DNA of 64,000 bases from contig NC_134030.1 of assembly GCF_964204645.1 (NCBI RefSeq), positions 4,630,778 through 4,694,777 of the forward strand, given 5' to 3'. The translations under genes and the position numbers were made by a program. Under the pieces are notes generated by a model that did not search any database, was not told the origin of the DNA, and saw only the letters and a program-made list of their open reading frames with translations. Numbering within the stretch: the first letter of the stretch is position 1; every line of letters begins with the position of its first letter. This document shows, piece by piece, positions 11,964-25,162 of the stretch. The DNA comes from Tubulanus polymorphus. Lineage: Eukaryota > Animalia > Nemertea.

Positions 11964-14575
11964 GTGTACGGTTAATGTGTTACGATGTTCTGTGTATACG
12001 TTTGGGCTTACCTAGTCCGTGCTTGACTTCAATTCCTGGGAAGTCGTCCCTTCAGAAGTATTAAATTGAAATCCAGTTGAGCCCAAAGATTAGACTTTCA
12101 CTTCGGTAATCAAACAAAGCACGGCAATAGCTCAATGCTGTGCATTGGCTTAGGAGACTTATGTGCATAAATGTTGGTTAGCAGACCCTTGGCCTGGGCT
12201 CTGCAGGCACTGGGGATGGAGATACTGCTCAGGGGATACAGGGCAATCATAGTAGCCTTCTGTGTGCTCGCAATCGAAAAATGGACTTTTAGATGTACAT
12301 GTATTGTATTTGCACTTTAGCCTGTTGGTCAAGCTTTTAAATGTTTGGCAAGAGGTCTAGCTGACTACAGGAATGGAGTAGCTCCTCTTTTCAATAAGAT
12401 ACGAATTCTCAAATTATGTACTTACTGAATTTCTGCTCCTCTTGAACTAATGAATGTAATAGAGAGATTTGAATACCAATATCAGTGCATGGACTGTTCG
12501 AATCCAAGGGCACTTCAATAATCTTTTTTTCAAAATGTTTGAAAATATCACATTAACTAAATATAAACTAGTATATTGGCCACAAGTGAAAGAAAGTTTA
12601 TGTCCAGTTCTCAATGAATCATCAACTAAATGTTTAGATTTAATGGCGAGGTGGTTAAATGCAAGTCCGCAACAATGATGTATATCGGTGTAAATAATCG
12701 TATGGTCTTCAGAAAGTTTTCATTGGAACTTTCAGCCGGTGATAATAGAATTCATAGATTGACGTATTTTTCAATGGTCTATTAATTAAAAAGCAATGTT
12801 TCATTTTCACCCAAAAAAACCTCTTGAGTTAATAGATTTATTTGGCGTGTGCGAGTGAATGGTAAGTGATAAGAGAGAGATTTGCGAATTTTTTTGTGTT
12901 GTCCTGTGATTCGTAAATGTATTTCTATGATTCTTATATCGATTTACAGAGTACAGGTATTAGCAATGTGTATGGATGTGATATAAGGTAACCTGTAATT
13001 AGTGGTACGATCGGATAGTGATGTCGTTACAGTGACAGGGACCTGGTGCGAGTATTTTACTCAACTCCCAATACCATATCATAAGAACCATATGCGAAGA
13101 AAATGTATGGTATATCTAGGATACTGGGGTAAAATATTTGGTTGCACCAAGCCCCCTATGGTTACAGTCAATGGGCCTTACGGTTGCCTATCCAATGTTG
13201 CGCGTACGTATGATTCTGAGAATACGTCCAGAACTAATTTGCTAAAAGAAAACTTCATGTACATGTAGTTTCTTGCTCATATACTGGATGATGTATCACT
13301 AGTTCTCGAATTGAGCGAACTTGAAAAATACCGAGAGTATTTTGTAATGTTTAGGTTTTCTTTGTACTGTTTGATAGCGTGATTTCGTAATATTTTGCAT
13401 GCGGTTTATTAATAGTTAGGTGAGTTAAACAAAACAATGATTGTTGTTAGCTAAATATATTTACTTTTAATTAATGTCATTTATTTTGTAAATCTATATA
13501 TTGCAAAGAAATTAAGGGTGTTCTTATATTATTTTCAAATGGATTCGTGTACGCCCTTGTATACTAAAATGTATATTATTTCTCGATGAAATTCTTGATT
13601 TGCTTTATTTTTCTTCGGATATCTGCTTACAACGCAACTTTCATTGGGGAAATCTATAATCTAACATAAGAGGATTCGCTCTACGATTGACTGTGGCAAT
13701 CGAAGATTCTGCTAATGGCAAGCGACGATCCACCAGGTTCGCTTGTGTGCATTCGGACAACGATGCCAGATTGCTTTTAAGATTCAATCGAAGCTAGAAT
13801 TTATGAACGGTGAATATACAGTCAACCCCAACAATCTAGAGACATAACTTACCAAATGTTTTTAGTGGGAAGCTCGATGGGATCAGGCATGATACTGTTG
13901 CTGAGTGACAAGCGGGTACGAGTCCTACTGACCGCTTCATTGAGCGGGCAACATCGCGAGGTTACATGAAGACTTCAATAGGGTAAGTCTTAGAACCAAG
14001 ATCCGAAGATTACATGAAGGCTAAATAAACATTTGATCGGGTCGTACCACTTCATACGCACGCCGTCTATAGCCCAGGCAGCTGGTGACACACACGATCC
14101 TCGATGTAGTACACGCATTGTTTTAGTAACTTGTCCATAGTAAATGTTGACGAATGGTGTCAAAATATATACATGTAGTACAATACAGGGTCGAATCTTG
14201 CTTTTTGGGGGAAAGGGGGCCCGTAGAGGGTCTACTTGACAATGCAGAGTGACCAACGAAGCGCCGGGGGTTTGGAAACTTTGAAAAATTAACCCATTCC
14301 GATTCCGCCGAGGAGAAATCCTGGTTGAAAGTGAAATATCTTCACAATTTCACCATCTTCTTTTTTCCAAGAAAATTCCACGTTAATCGGCCGGAGGAAA
14401 CTGCGCCCAACATTCTTTTTTAGAGTTTTTCTTAAACCAAAATCAAAAATTGTATAAAGAAATTGTGAGAATGATTCTGACAATTTCTTTTTGATTAAGT
14501 GCCTTTTAGATCTTTATTGAGAAAATAATTTCGTTAATAGAGCATTAGTGACGATTGAAAATATTTATTCATTGC

Positions 14576-14679
14576 CATCCTCGCTTGCCAAGGGTCCAGT
14601 ATCACTCCCGAACTCGCTTCCACCAGCTCGGGGAACAGCTTTAGCGTAGTGGGTTCGAATCCCTTGACGGGTGAGGATG
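14576..14679. mobile_element. Mutator/MULE-type MITE, internally deleted copy of the same family
   Basis: Near-identical to both ends of 51852-52178. Perfect 9-bp TSD ATTCATTGC at 14567-14575 and 14680-14688. Confidence 0.85.
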
Positions 14680-15485
14680 ATTCATTGCCAAAATAGGGGC
14701 ATATGCCGACCGTCTAATGCTGCCTCTGCGTATAACATTAGCGGGGGAAACGTGAACTAACATAATATTCGCTTGCCAGAGTCTTCGAATGTCCGCATTT
14801 GACAAACTATTTACCGATTTGCGGGCCGGATTCCGAGACGATTCTCAGACCCTTGAAAAAGCACAAAATCTACTCTCAACTGGCAATTTTCCGTAATAGA
14901 ATAGGTCTTGAAAGAGTAATTTTGTATTGGGGTAGTTTGCATTTTCCTCGGATCTCATGGAACCAATTAATGTCACTTGTGTAGCAAGGACACGCTAGTT
15001 CCCCCAAATGTGGTGCGTGGCGTGGCTTTTGATTACTATCACATTTCGAATGGCAATTAAGATTTTTAGAAAAATTCCACCATACACAACTATCTTTTGT
15101 TACGTAATATGGCTCCAGCACTCAGGCACTGGTCGGCAAACCTCTATCCAATAGGATTCGAATCCAATCCATTAGCTATGAACGAAAGCCCAAATATAAA
15201 TAAAGTTTTTCATGTACATATAGAAATCGATCATTTTATTTTTTTCATATTCCATCGAAAAATTAGCCCATTAACTTTGATGAGGATAACCGCTAGTTAC
15301 CTGTCTATGAATGAGAGTAACAGATGGAATGCACGATCTGTGACAAGTCCGTTTATGTTTCTGTGTAAATTCGAACAGGAATTCACACGCATGAACAAAA
15401 TATCCGCGTAGCTGAATGGAGTTTGTTAACATATATGAACTGAAACAAGCACTGCTTCATAGTCTTAAATCAAGGACCTATATCT

Positions 15486-18315
15486 CTAATCCGCACGAGT
15501 TTTCAACGAACGCGTTGTCACTTTATCCTTTTCTCTAGAAAATACAAAACATTGAAATCAATCTCACTATAGATATGGAAATCGATTAGGGACATGTGCA
15601 TAATTTTGACGAAGTAAAATTTTTTTCTTCATAAATTGGCAACAAAAAAATGGATGCCCCAAATCAGCAACCATATATAATTGAGTCAATCATTCAAAGA
15701 AAAATATATCTACAGGTAAAAGTGTTTTTCTAACATGAACATGAAATTTGAATATATATATACTCACATCACATGAACAACAGCTCCCCAACCAGAAACA
15801 CAATCACGATCAAATGCATTTAGTAACGCTTGAGATATTGTTTCAAATAGATCATCAGGTTCCTGTAAAACACGTAGTGGACATTATTTTCAAACCATTC
15901 AAAGTCGAAGCGACTTTCGCTTTCAAAGAGGTGAACCGATGGAACTCCAACGCATCTGTGGCAATAGTGTTCCACTTATGGCAAGCCAGGTTCTGCTGCA
16001 CAACTCTTCTACATTTCAGTTAAAATCAAATATGAAAATGTTCTCTTAAACAAATCGATTATTTATGAAAAGTACTATACCAGTCACTGAGCAGTAAATG
16101 AATATAATGTATATTTGATGGGCTCTGTGATAATGCATGGATTTGGGAGCCTATAAATTCAGTTCATAACTAATTTTCACAACTTAAGAATGAATACTTG
16201 TTACACCCTCAGGTGAGGTAGCTGGTGTTGCAGCTCGCCACTGCCAAAGAATGGCAATCTATTTTAAGTTAAGTTTAAAACCTGCTTACCATATTGGGTT
16301 CCCATAAAGATTCGCACATGCCGTACATTTGTTCATTACAGGTACCGCTGACGACGAAATCTTCAGTGATCATCGGACAACCGATGAGATCCATAGACGC
16401 GATAAACGGTTTACCAGTCACATGATCTAATCCAGCGATAACAGGCTCCACAAAATACGGCCCAAACCTAAAAAAGTTACACATGTACTAACTATTGAAT
16501 ACTGTACATGATCGACAAATATTGGCCCCGATGGTCTGAGAATTTATTAAGAGGGATCATTCATTTATTACGCACGCACAAATAATTTGAATTTTTCAAA
16601 TATTTCTCACCTTCTTTCATATAACAAATTTGACACCATACTCATGAATACATGTGGTTTTATGGGACGATTCTCTTTAAGTTCGTATATGTTTTTGCGA
16701 AATCGTAATCTTTGGTGCCTGAAAGAGAAACAAACAAGTGATTATCACTTCGATGTACATGTTATCAAAAATACATGAAGAGGATTTTTGATGTTTAATC
16801 TACAAGGAGTGCCACACATCCCTCTCAGTAAGAGAGTGAAACCATTCACCCGGTGCACATTACGTCTCCAGTGTCCTACACAAGTGGGTTTAAAATAGGG
16901 GCAGAAGCAACCGTCCCATATCAATTTTACATCCACCCACATTGGCTACCCATCTACATATAAAGTTCTCATCAATTATATCAATACTTACAGCCATCAT
17001 TGCCGTGTAAAATACTGGGGTTAATGTGAAAAATAGGGGAATGTGACAGAAACCAAAAGTTTTGCTACTACAGCAGCCACAATGTCAAAAGAATGAATGC
17101 AGCCCTTCTAAAAACCCAGCATACAGAAAACACTGTTAGAGCCCTATGGTTTAATCAACTGCACAATTCATCCGATTTGATAAGCTATGATCACTCAATA
17201 CTCAGTTCTCCTCCTAATTGCTATTAACTTACACAGTTTGTACATCCGTAGCTAAACCGGGAAGTCCTAAATACAGACGCGGTCCCATCTCGAAGACTTT
17301 CTGAAAGTCAGTAGATACGGTTTGCGCCTGAACGCCGAATCGCGTATCAGTCGCGATCGCCACGCAATCTTTGCCAATCATAGCCATGATGGCAGCTCCG
17401 TTATATGACATGATACTCTACAAAAAGAAAAGAGATAATTTCAGAAATTGTCGATATTTTAGCTGAATATGTCAACGTGCTATTCGTTTTATCAGGATCC
17501 AGTTTCACAGTCAAATTCTAACGTGAACTGTGGAAGCGGATCCAAACAATACCAGCTACATATCACCCTTTCGTCAACCCTTGATGGTAGGATTAAATGT
17601 AAAATCATTTCCTTTAAAAAAGACCTCAACCATTAAACTTTACATGTTTAAAGGGGTTACTACTCGTTTGAAGTATATTCAACTAAGATAGGCCCTTCTC
17701 GATTGTGCTGTTCTGGAAGATAGAATATCGTTCTTGGTAGAAGATTTCAGTTGTCAGAGCCAGAAGAATTGTGTGGAAATGAGTAGAATTGGGCGTAGAA
17801 CCTTCCGACGAAATGCAACAAATGTAAGAGAGAGTAGATTAAAATTTCAGGAAGAGCACAACTGAAAAGGCCACCATTCACTACGAATAGGAAAATAAGA
17901 AAAAGATAACTAACTACGCCTACAATTGGTATTCTATTATTCTAAAGAAATGACAAAAATTGTATCCCTCCAGGTTAAAGTTGTAGGCCTATGGAACGGT
18001 AAAATCGGTGATTTGCGAACAAGAAAATAACTGAAACCACTAGAAAAAAAGAGACGAATTGAATCACCCCTTCATCGTCATCATCCTCGTCATCATCGTA
18101 GAATCTTCTGTGAACGTGATTATGTCTACGAAAAAAACTCTTTCGCACAAAAAACCGATGTCCGGTTAATTTATTGATTTAGAGACACGTATAAACAACG
18201 TATATCAAAAATGAAAAAAATCAAAAAAGAAACAAGGCACGTCATTATACTTGAAATATTTAGTGGGTGTGATATAACATAATCATAAAAACGGTTTATT
18301 CTTGATATTTACCAT
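15486..18315 (-). CDS. PSMB3: Proteasome subunit beta type-3, 205 aa
   Basis: Exons 18315-18313 (ATG only), 17417-17233, 16718-16611, 16467-16290, 15862-15768, 15534-15486; 618 nt. Translation [23 protein letters not shown]...[15 protein letters not shown]...[14 protein letters not shown]...[10 protein letters not shown] matches PSMB3 in sequence and length. Confidence 0.97.
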
Positions 18316-18967
18316 TTTATTGCTGTAACTGTGAACAATTTTACCGTCAATTGAATCTAAATTTACTATATTGCTTCGTCACCGGTAATCGGTAGGCGGC
18401 GCGTAAAATCTTTATCACTCGTCTGCCACAGTAAGATCAATTCAAATCTTTATTGATCACTATGTTACAGATTAAAACATAAGATTTCGAATGTCAACGA
18501 AGTCACAAATTTTAAGATAAGAAAATGAAATAAGCACTTAATTCATACCGAGTAGAATTATAAGAAGAAGACAAAGATATATTGGTAGATTGATAACCAG
18601 CAAGGCGGTATTCGTGACTTATATTCATCACGCCCGTCACAGCATGCGGTACCGAGTCGGCCGCCTGGCCGGCAGCGATAACCCATATAACTAAATGCTT
18701 GTTTGTTTAACTATATTTTCTAACAATTTTTTCTTATTAATCATTCAAAGTTTAACCGGCATTCACAAAGCATGTGTGGATCCAGTCAGTCTTGACGGCA
18801 GATCAACGTCAACGACAGTGTGTACGCGTGCTTGCAGTTCTCAGAGTTTTTTTGAGAAAAACTATGAAGCATTTGACTATTCATTGAATTGCCTAATCAC
18901 GTGAATCATATAACCAACTATAGTAGTGTAAAGTAATCTGCCCTATCGACTAAATTCACATTTATTA

Positions 18968-19809
18968 TCACAGCTGTACTGGGAGAATAGGGAAAATCCA
19001 CGGTCCTGATCCTCCATTGCTCTGACGCTTTTTGATTCTTTTGAAATTGTCGTAGGAAGTGCAGTCTATAGGCAACTGTGCAGCTTTCCTGCCACCGCAC
19101 TCTCGTGACTTCAAACCACACGCAGGTCGGATGATATCAGGGGGGTCCTCATTTTCACCGCTGGGCTCTATTAACGGAATAAAAATAAAACTGTGACACA
19201 GCGGGTCGTTGTCGGAAGCTTTCACACACGTGGACAAATTCGTGCTCATTTGCATAGGACCAATATCCGAGTCCGGACAACATATACCAGGCCTCCGCAC
19301 GAAATCTGAAATTAATGAATAGCTACGATTACACGGTTTTCCGTTCCTTTGGTTGGGGTTTTTATCTACGACGTGAATATCATTTTATTTTGGGGCTAAT
19401 ACAAATGAATTATAACACGATATATTTCGATTCGCGAAAACATCGATGAATTTGAAAATGTGTATTCATAGTAAAATTATATATAGTAAAATCTACTGTA
19501 CTCGCCTGATTGGAGCAATTCCACGGCATTAACGTGTAGTTGTTTTCCAGACTTAACCGTCAACGGTTCTTCGATGGAATCCACGAAAAAACATTCATTC
19601 TGTTCGAATGAAAATGCGCGACAAATTCGAGGCTGCCGTCGATAGCAAAGCATCCCGCATTCCAGGATCGATTCGGCCGTGGTTGGTGAGATGGATAGGA
19701 AAGGATACGTAAATCCTTCTAGTTTTATGAAATTTCGTCCACGAAATGCACTATTTGTGACCATCAGATATCCGTAGAACATCCATAAGGCAAACACTTT
19801 CTTGTACAT
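18968..19809 (-). CDS. Secreted protein with two PAN/apple-like Cys domains, copy A (213 aa; requires a GC-AG intron)
   Basis: Exon 1 19809-19506: signal peptide plus ECGMLC...CRAFSF....C. Exon 2 19305-18968: C...C...CHSFIF...CGLK. Donor CAG|GCGAGT sits at the position homologous to the GT donor of copy B; acceptor tttcag. Confidence 0.7.
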
Positions 19810-20918
19810 GGTGGTGCGGCTCTAGTTCAATAAATGAATCGGCTTCTCGTTACGCATACGTTTTGTAAAATGGTTGCACATCCATTATATATTTAAACAT
19901 TTTGACTACATCATGATCGATGCTGCTACTAGAAAATGACAAGAACAATCGTATTACGAGATATAATTTCTTTCCACAAATTTACATTTCAGACTTAATT
20001 TTCTTTCTTATTTTTTGAATTATTGGTCGCGTAGACGATGCGACGATGCGAGAATACAATATTTAATGTCCATCGATCACCAATGCGTGTTGTTAAATCT
20101 TATTTGGGATAATCTAAAACAATCTACTTGGTGTGGTCACAAGAGTAAAACCAATCATGAAAACATTCATTGCTTCGGAGTTAAGTATGAAATATTGGCT
20201 ACTGCTCAGTGATCTATTTATTGTATTTAAGTAGAAGCACTGAACAGAAAAAATATGATAGGTTTCGCTGATGTTTTGGTCGGGTAGTATTTTTTCTGTA
20301 ATGACAGTATATTAATGTACTTTAAATTCATAGATCAATTTCTCTGTTTTCCCCTTTTCTGATTTTTTGACGACTTATGAACAATGTAAATTCTAATCAC
20401 ATGCGTTTAAATGTCATCAACTTTTTCATGTTATCAAAATCGTATCAATGTTTTTGCGTAAAGATAAAAATCCGACCATTTTTCAATTAACTTTAAATAC
20501 TTTCATGTACTACGTTTCTGTAACAAACCCAACACCCTTAAGACGTCCGAATTGTGGAATTATACAAATAGTAATATTATCTTGAAAATTGCTAAAATCA
20601 TACATGCTGGTCTCAAAAAAATTGAAAGAATATCAAATTTTTCTAAGTTGTATCACGCCTTCGCCTCGCCGTACAACGTGTCTGTACGGCTTGCGGTTTT
20701 CCCATCAACCTGCCAACCAATATCTTCACCAACAAGATTCGGAATTAGACACGAAAACTAACATCGTCAGAAATTAAGAATTATAATTTATTTTTGAGAA
20801 AACGATTAACTGTAGTGTAATTTGCGACTAATTTATTGAGAATCAATTGCCTTGCCTGCATTATAGAACCAACTAAAGTAGGCGTAAAGTAATCAACCTT
20901 AAATACTATTTCAGACAT

Positions 20919-21784
20919 TTAGTACCCTCCTTGTACTGGTGGAGGAGGGCCAATGATCAATGGTCCTTTGGAAACGGCTCCTCCATTGCTTTGTCGATTT
21001 TTGATTCTTCTGAAATTGTCGTAGGAAGTGCAGTCTATAGGCAACTGTGCAGCTTTCCCGCCACCGCACTCTCGAGACTTCAAACCACACGCGGGTCGGA
21101 TGATATCAGGTGGGTCCTTGTTTTTACCGCTGGGCTCTGGAGGAATAAATATAAAACTGTGACACTGCGGGTCGTTGTCGCAAGCTTTCCTACACGTGGT
21201 CAAATCGGTTTTCATTTGCATAGGACCGATATCCCAGTCCGGGCAGCATATACCTGGCCTCCGTATGTAATCTGAAATAAATGAATAGCTACGATTTACA
21301 TAGTTTCCTACTCCCTCACTCATGATCAAGTAATATACAAAATTTTCGATAAGATCAGTAATATTTTTATTTCTTCCGAGTGTAACCTCGTACAAAATAC
21401 AAACATATTGACTCACTAGAATATCGTCAAATTTGAAAGAAGTTAAACTCTGTAACAGTTTCGTATTTTCACTGACTCACCTGGTTGGAGCAATGCCACT
21501 GCATTAACGTGTAGTCGCTTTCCAGACTCAACCGTTAACGGTTCCTCGATGACATCCACGAAAAAACATTTATTCTGTTCGAAGGCAAATGCGCGACAAT
21601 GTCGAGGCTGCCGTCGAAAGCAAAGCATCCCACATTCCAGAATTGATTTTGCTGTGGTTGGTGAGATGGATAGGAAAGGATACGTAAATCCTTCTAGTTT
21701 TATGAAATTTCGTCCACGAAATGCACTTTTGGTGACCATCAGGTATCCGTAGAATATCCATAAGGCAAACACTATTTTGTACAT
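20919..21784 (-). CDS. Secreted protein with two PAN/apple-like Cys domains, copy B (218 aa)
   Basis: Exon 1 21784-21481 (304 nt, CAG|GTGAGT) and exon 2 21271-20919 (tttcag|AT) join in frame as LLQPDYIRRPGICC. PAN-like C-x3-C-x5-7-C-x2-F pattern occurs twice. Confidence 0.8.
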
Positions 21785-22898
21785 GTTGGTGCGGCTCTAG
21801 TTCAATAAATGAATCAGCTTCACGTTACGCATACGTTTTGTAAATCGGGTCTTTGCACATGCATACTGTGTTTAATAATTTTGACTACAGGGCGATCATG
21901 ATTGATGCTGATACCAGAGAATCACACAAAACAATCGTATTACGAGCTATAACTTCTTTCCACAAATTTACATTTTGGACTAATTGAGCTAAATAAAGCC
22001 GATGACGCTATGTTTGTCAGAATAAATACCAAATCATCCAACAATAGGTAAATGAATGAATTAAACTGGGATGGCTACATTGTGGTTATATTGCCGGTGC
22101 AATATGTTATGGTGCCATCGATCACCAATGTGTGTTGATGTTGAATCTCGTCATTCGGGACAATCCAACAACAATATACTCATGCGGTCACAAGCGCATA
22201 AAACAAACATGAAAACATTCGCTGCTTCGGAGTAAAGTATGAAATGATCGGCCATCGCTCAGCGATTGTACTCAGGTAGAATCACTGATAGAATAAATTT
22301 TAATAGGTTTCGTTGATGTTTAGGTTGGATAGGTTTCATGAATAGACAATAGATTGATTTAGATTGAAATTCATGCACCAATTTCTCTGCTAACCCTTTT
22401 TCAGATTTTTGACGACTTATGAACAATAGATATATTCACATCTGTTCAAATGTGATCAACTTTGTCATGTTATATATTGAATTTTTTCCCGTAGATTTGT
22501 TGAATCCATTTAAGTCGGCGTAGATTGTGCCCCCTGAGAGCGCTGCCAAAATGAAAGCAATGTAGTGTACTATATACAAATTTCTATATAATTGAGGTTT
22601 TGAAGCAATTAACTATGTCGTTAAAATGAGACGACATTTCGGTCACTTACTTGAGACAATTATCACCTCGACCTTCTACTGATAATTAAATGTAAAAAGT
22701 CATAATGGAGAATATCTTTTTCAGATTGCTCTAGTAATAATAATAAATCCGACCCTAATAGCGTTGCTCTTCAATTTGGGTAAATGACATCAGTGAAGTA
22801 AAAATTTCGAAGGGAACATGGAGTACAATAGCTTGGTAAATGCATTGACGATTTAAGTGAAGAACAATTTACCCGTTCTAGGGTACGGGGAGTTTTGA

Positions 22899-23931
22899 TC
22901 ATAAAGGCATTTTACAAATGAGATGTGCAGTAGCATTCCGAAATCTTGCATTTGACGCACAGTAGATGAAAAAATTACCACAGGAATCTATAACTGTCAG
23001 CAACAATGAAACCTTACGAAACGTCATCTTTGTTTCATACGACACTGGATACTTTACTTCAAACAGAGCCATTACTCGATCTAGACTACCCGGCATTTCG
23101 CAGATAAAAAAGAATATCACAACCGTCGTTACCATTTTGAGAATCTGTTTGTCTTGTCGAATATCTCTTTGGTTTAACGCACTAGAAATATCCTTTGTTC
23201 GATTTTTTGATTTCTTTACAGAAATTACGAGTAGAAAATTAGTGATAAAAAACCCCAATTATTGGTACAATAACGCCACCAATTGTAAATGAATATCTAT
23301 CCGGTATGGTATATTTCATTCTAACATTGTTGTCTATGATATCTGGGCTATCCTTTATTGTATAGACGTATTGACCAGGCCTTAGACAGGGCCATCTCCA
23401 CAGAGATGGTACTGCTTTTGGTACGACGGCTTGCCAGAACAAACCGAAGCCGATAAGCGCTATGACTATTAGACAAATTATTACAGTTCGCGTTTTAAGG
23501 ATATTTTGGTAATTAAAGGGAAATTGGACGGCGATAAATCGTTCTAAACTTACCAGAACCACTGTCCAGTTTCGTAACATCTGCAGCGGAAAATAAAACG
23601 GCATTGTTAATAATATGATACGCTTGCCAAACATCCAATCGTCGAACCGAAAAATAACGTCACCTATTGTCGAATAAACGTATAAAACACGAACTGGATA
23701 CATCAAAAACATGTCTATCGAGAAAAGTAAATCAAAGATAGCTAGAATATTTATACCGCGATAAGAATCGGGTCTGTTGAGACGATGGAGTACGATTGAT
23801 GTGAGAATATTAACGAAGATTGCCGTGAAGCAGACCGGACCAATAACGCACGCGTAAAGATAGAAACTGAATTGCATGTACCACATTATCGGTGGTATAG
23901 CTTGAGAACATGCGCTGCTGGTGATATTCAT
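22899..23931 (-). pseudogene. Frameshifted copy of the FMRFamide-receptor-like GPCR (pseudogene or homopolymer sequencing error)
   Basis: Near-identical to 25163-26194 but has A6 at 23247-23252 where the paralog has A5 (25511-25515). This splits the gene into ORFs 23239-23934 and 22899-23258 within TM5. Confidence 0.75.
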
Positions 23932-25162
23932 CACGGTTAACGCCTCTCGATCATCTCACTAATTTGCAGAAAACATATTTTCCGAACATCCGATATATAA
24001 GATATGTCTAACCAACCAATTACCTCTACCAATTAGGGATGAAGTGATCTTAGATCGAAAAATATTAACGCAGAAAAGTGACGGTTCAGATTAACAAGAT
24101 CGATATTTAAAATACGTGATTTTTACTTGGGCGTCTGCTATAGTTATTTGGTAAGACATGATAAAACAATTTACGTACGACTTTAGATTACTACATCATA
24201 TCATAAGTGTTTATTTTGTATTTAGATATATCCTATAACTCTCATTTCATTTTTGATAAATTTCAATATTATTTTTGAGAGAATGCGCAATACGTCATCG
24301 ATATATCGGGGTAAGACTCGTTGCCGGTCAATTCAATTAAATTATCAATATTTTTGAATCCAAAATAACTTTATTGATCCTTGATATTATATAATTCATG
24401 TTATATATATATCACCTATTGTCGATAATATTTAGCAATATGTTTTTTTTATTTTTCAAGGAGTCAATAAACTATCAAGTTAGTTTTCTTGTTTAGTTTT
24501 TTCGTCAATCGAGACGACTGTCAGATGCTTTTTTTTCAGAAATTCTCGAAAAAAGCGGCAGACAGTCATGGCAAAGAGTCGAGACACACTAAAACGTATA
24601 TCCCTTATTTAATTAAATTTGCCCAGGATGTCCGTTGATAACGCTTTCCTCTTAAACCTTCACCTTCTTTCTATTTGTAGAAGCTCATCGACGTAAGATA
24701 AATCCGACAATTTTTCCATTCATTTTGAATATTTTCTCGTAGATTTGTTGAATCCATCTAACTCGGCGTAGATTGTGTCCCCCTGAGAGCGCAGCCAAAA
24801 TGAAACCAATGTAGTTAGAAATTCAGTATATACAAATCTATATACAACTTTTTCGAAGTTTTCAAACAATAAACATTGTCGTCAAAACGAGACGACATTT
24901 CGGTCACTTACTTGTGACAAGTGTCACCTAAATCTTCGACTGATCAATAAATGTAAAAAATCTTAACGGAGAACATCCTTGTCAGGTTGCTCTAGTTAAG
25001 CCTATAATAAATCCGACCCTAATAGCGTTGCTCTTCAATTTGGGAAAATGACATCAGTGAAGTAAAGATTTCGAAGGGAACATGGAGTACAATAGCTTGG
25101 TAAATGCATTGACGATTTAAGTGAAGAACAATTTACCCGTTCTAGGGTACGGGGAGTTTTGA

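Larger units (their letters stand above)
18848..22473. repeat. Tandem duplication of the PAN-gene unit (~18848-20510 vs ~20789-22473)
   Basis: Colinear similarity across both exons, the 3' flank and about 600 bp of upstream flank. Confidence 0.9.

Noticed and set aside
13990-14135. Minus frame CVYYIEDRVCHQLPGL...SNVYL, faintly like a Penelope RT motif
   Set aside because: Multiple stops and no YxDD; similarity too weak without a profile search.
22630-22680. Hammerhead-like half motif on the minus strand (GTGAC-CGAAATGTC; also ~24890-24940)
   Set aside because: No adjacent CTGANGA core.
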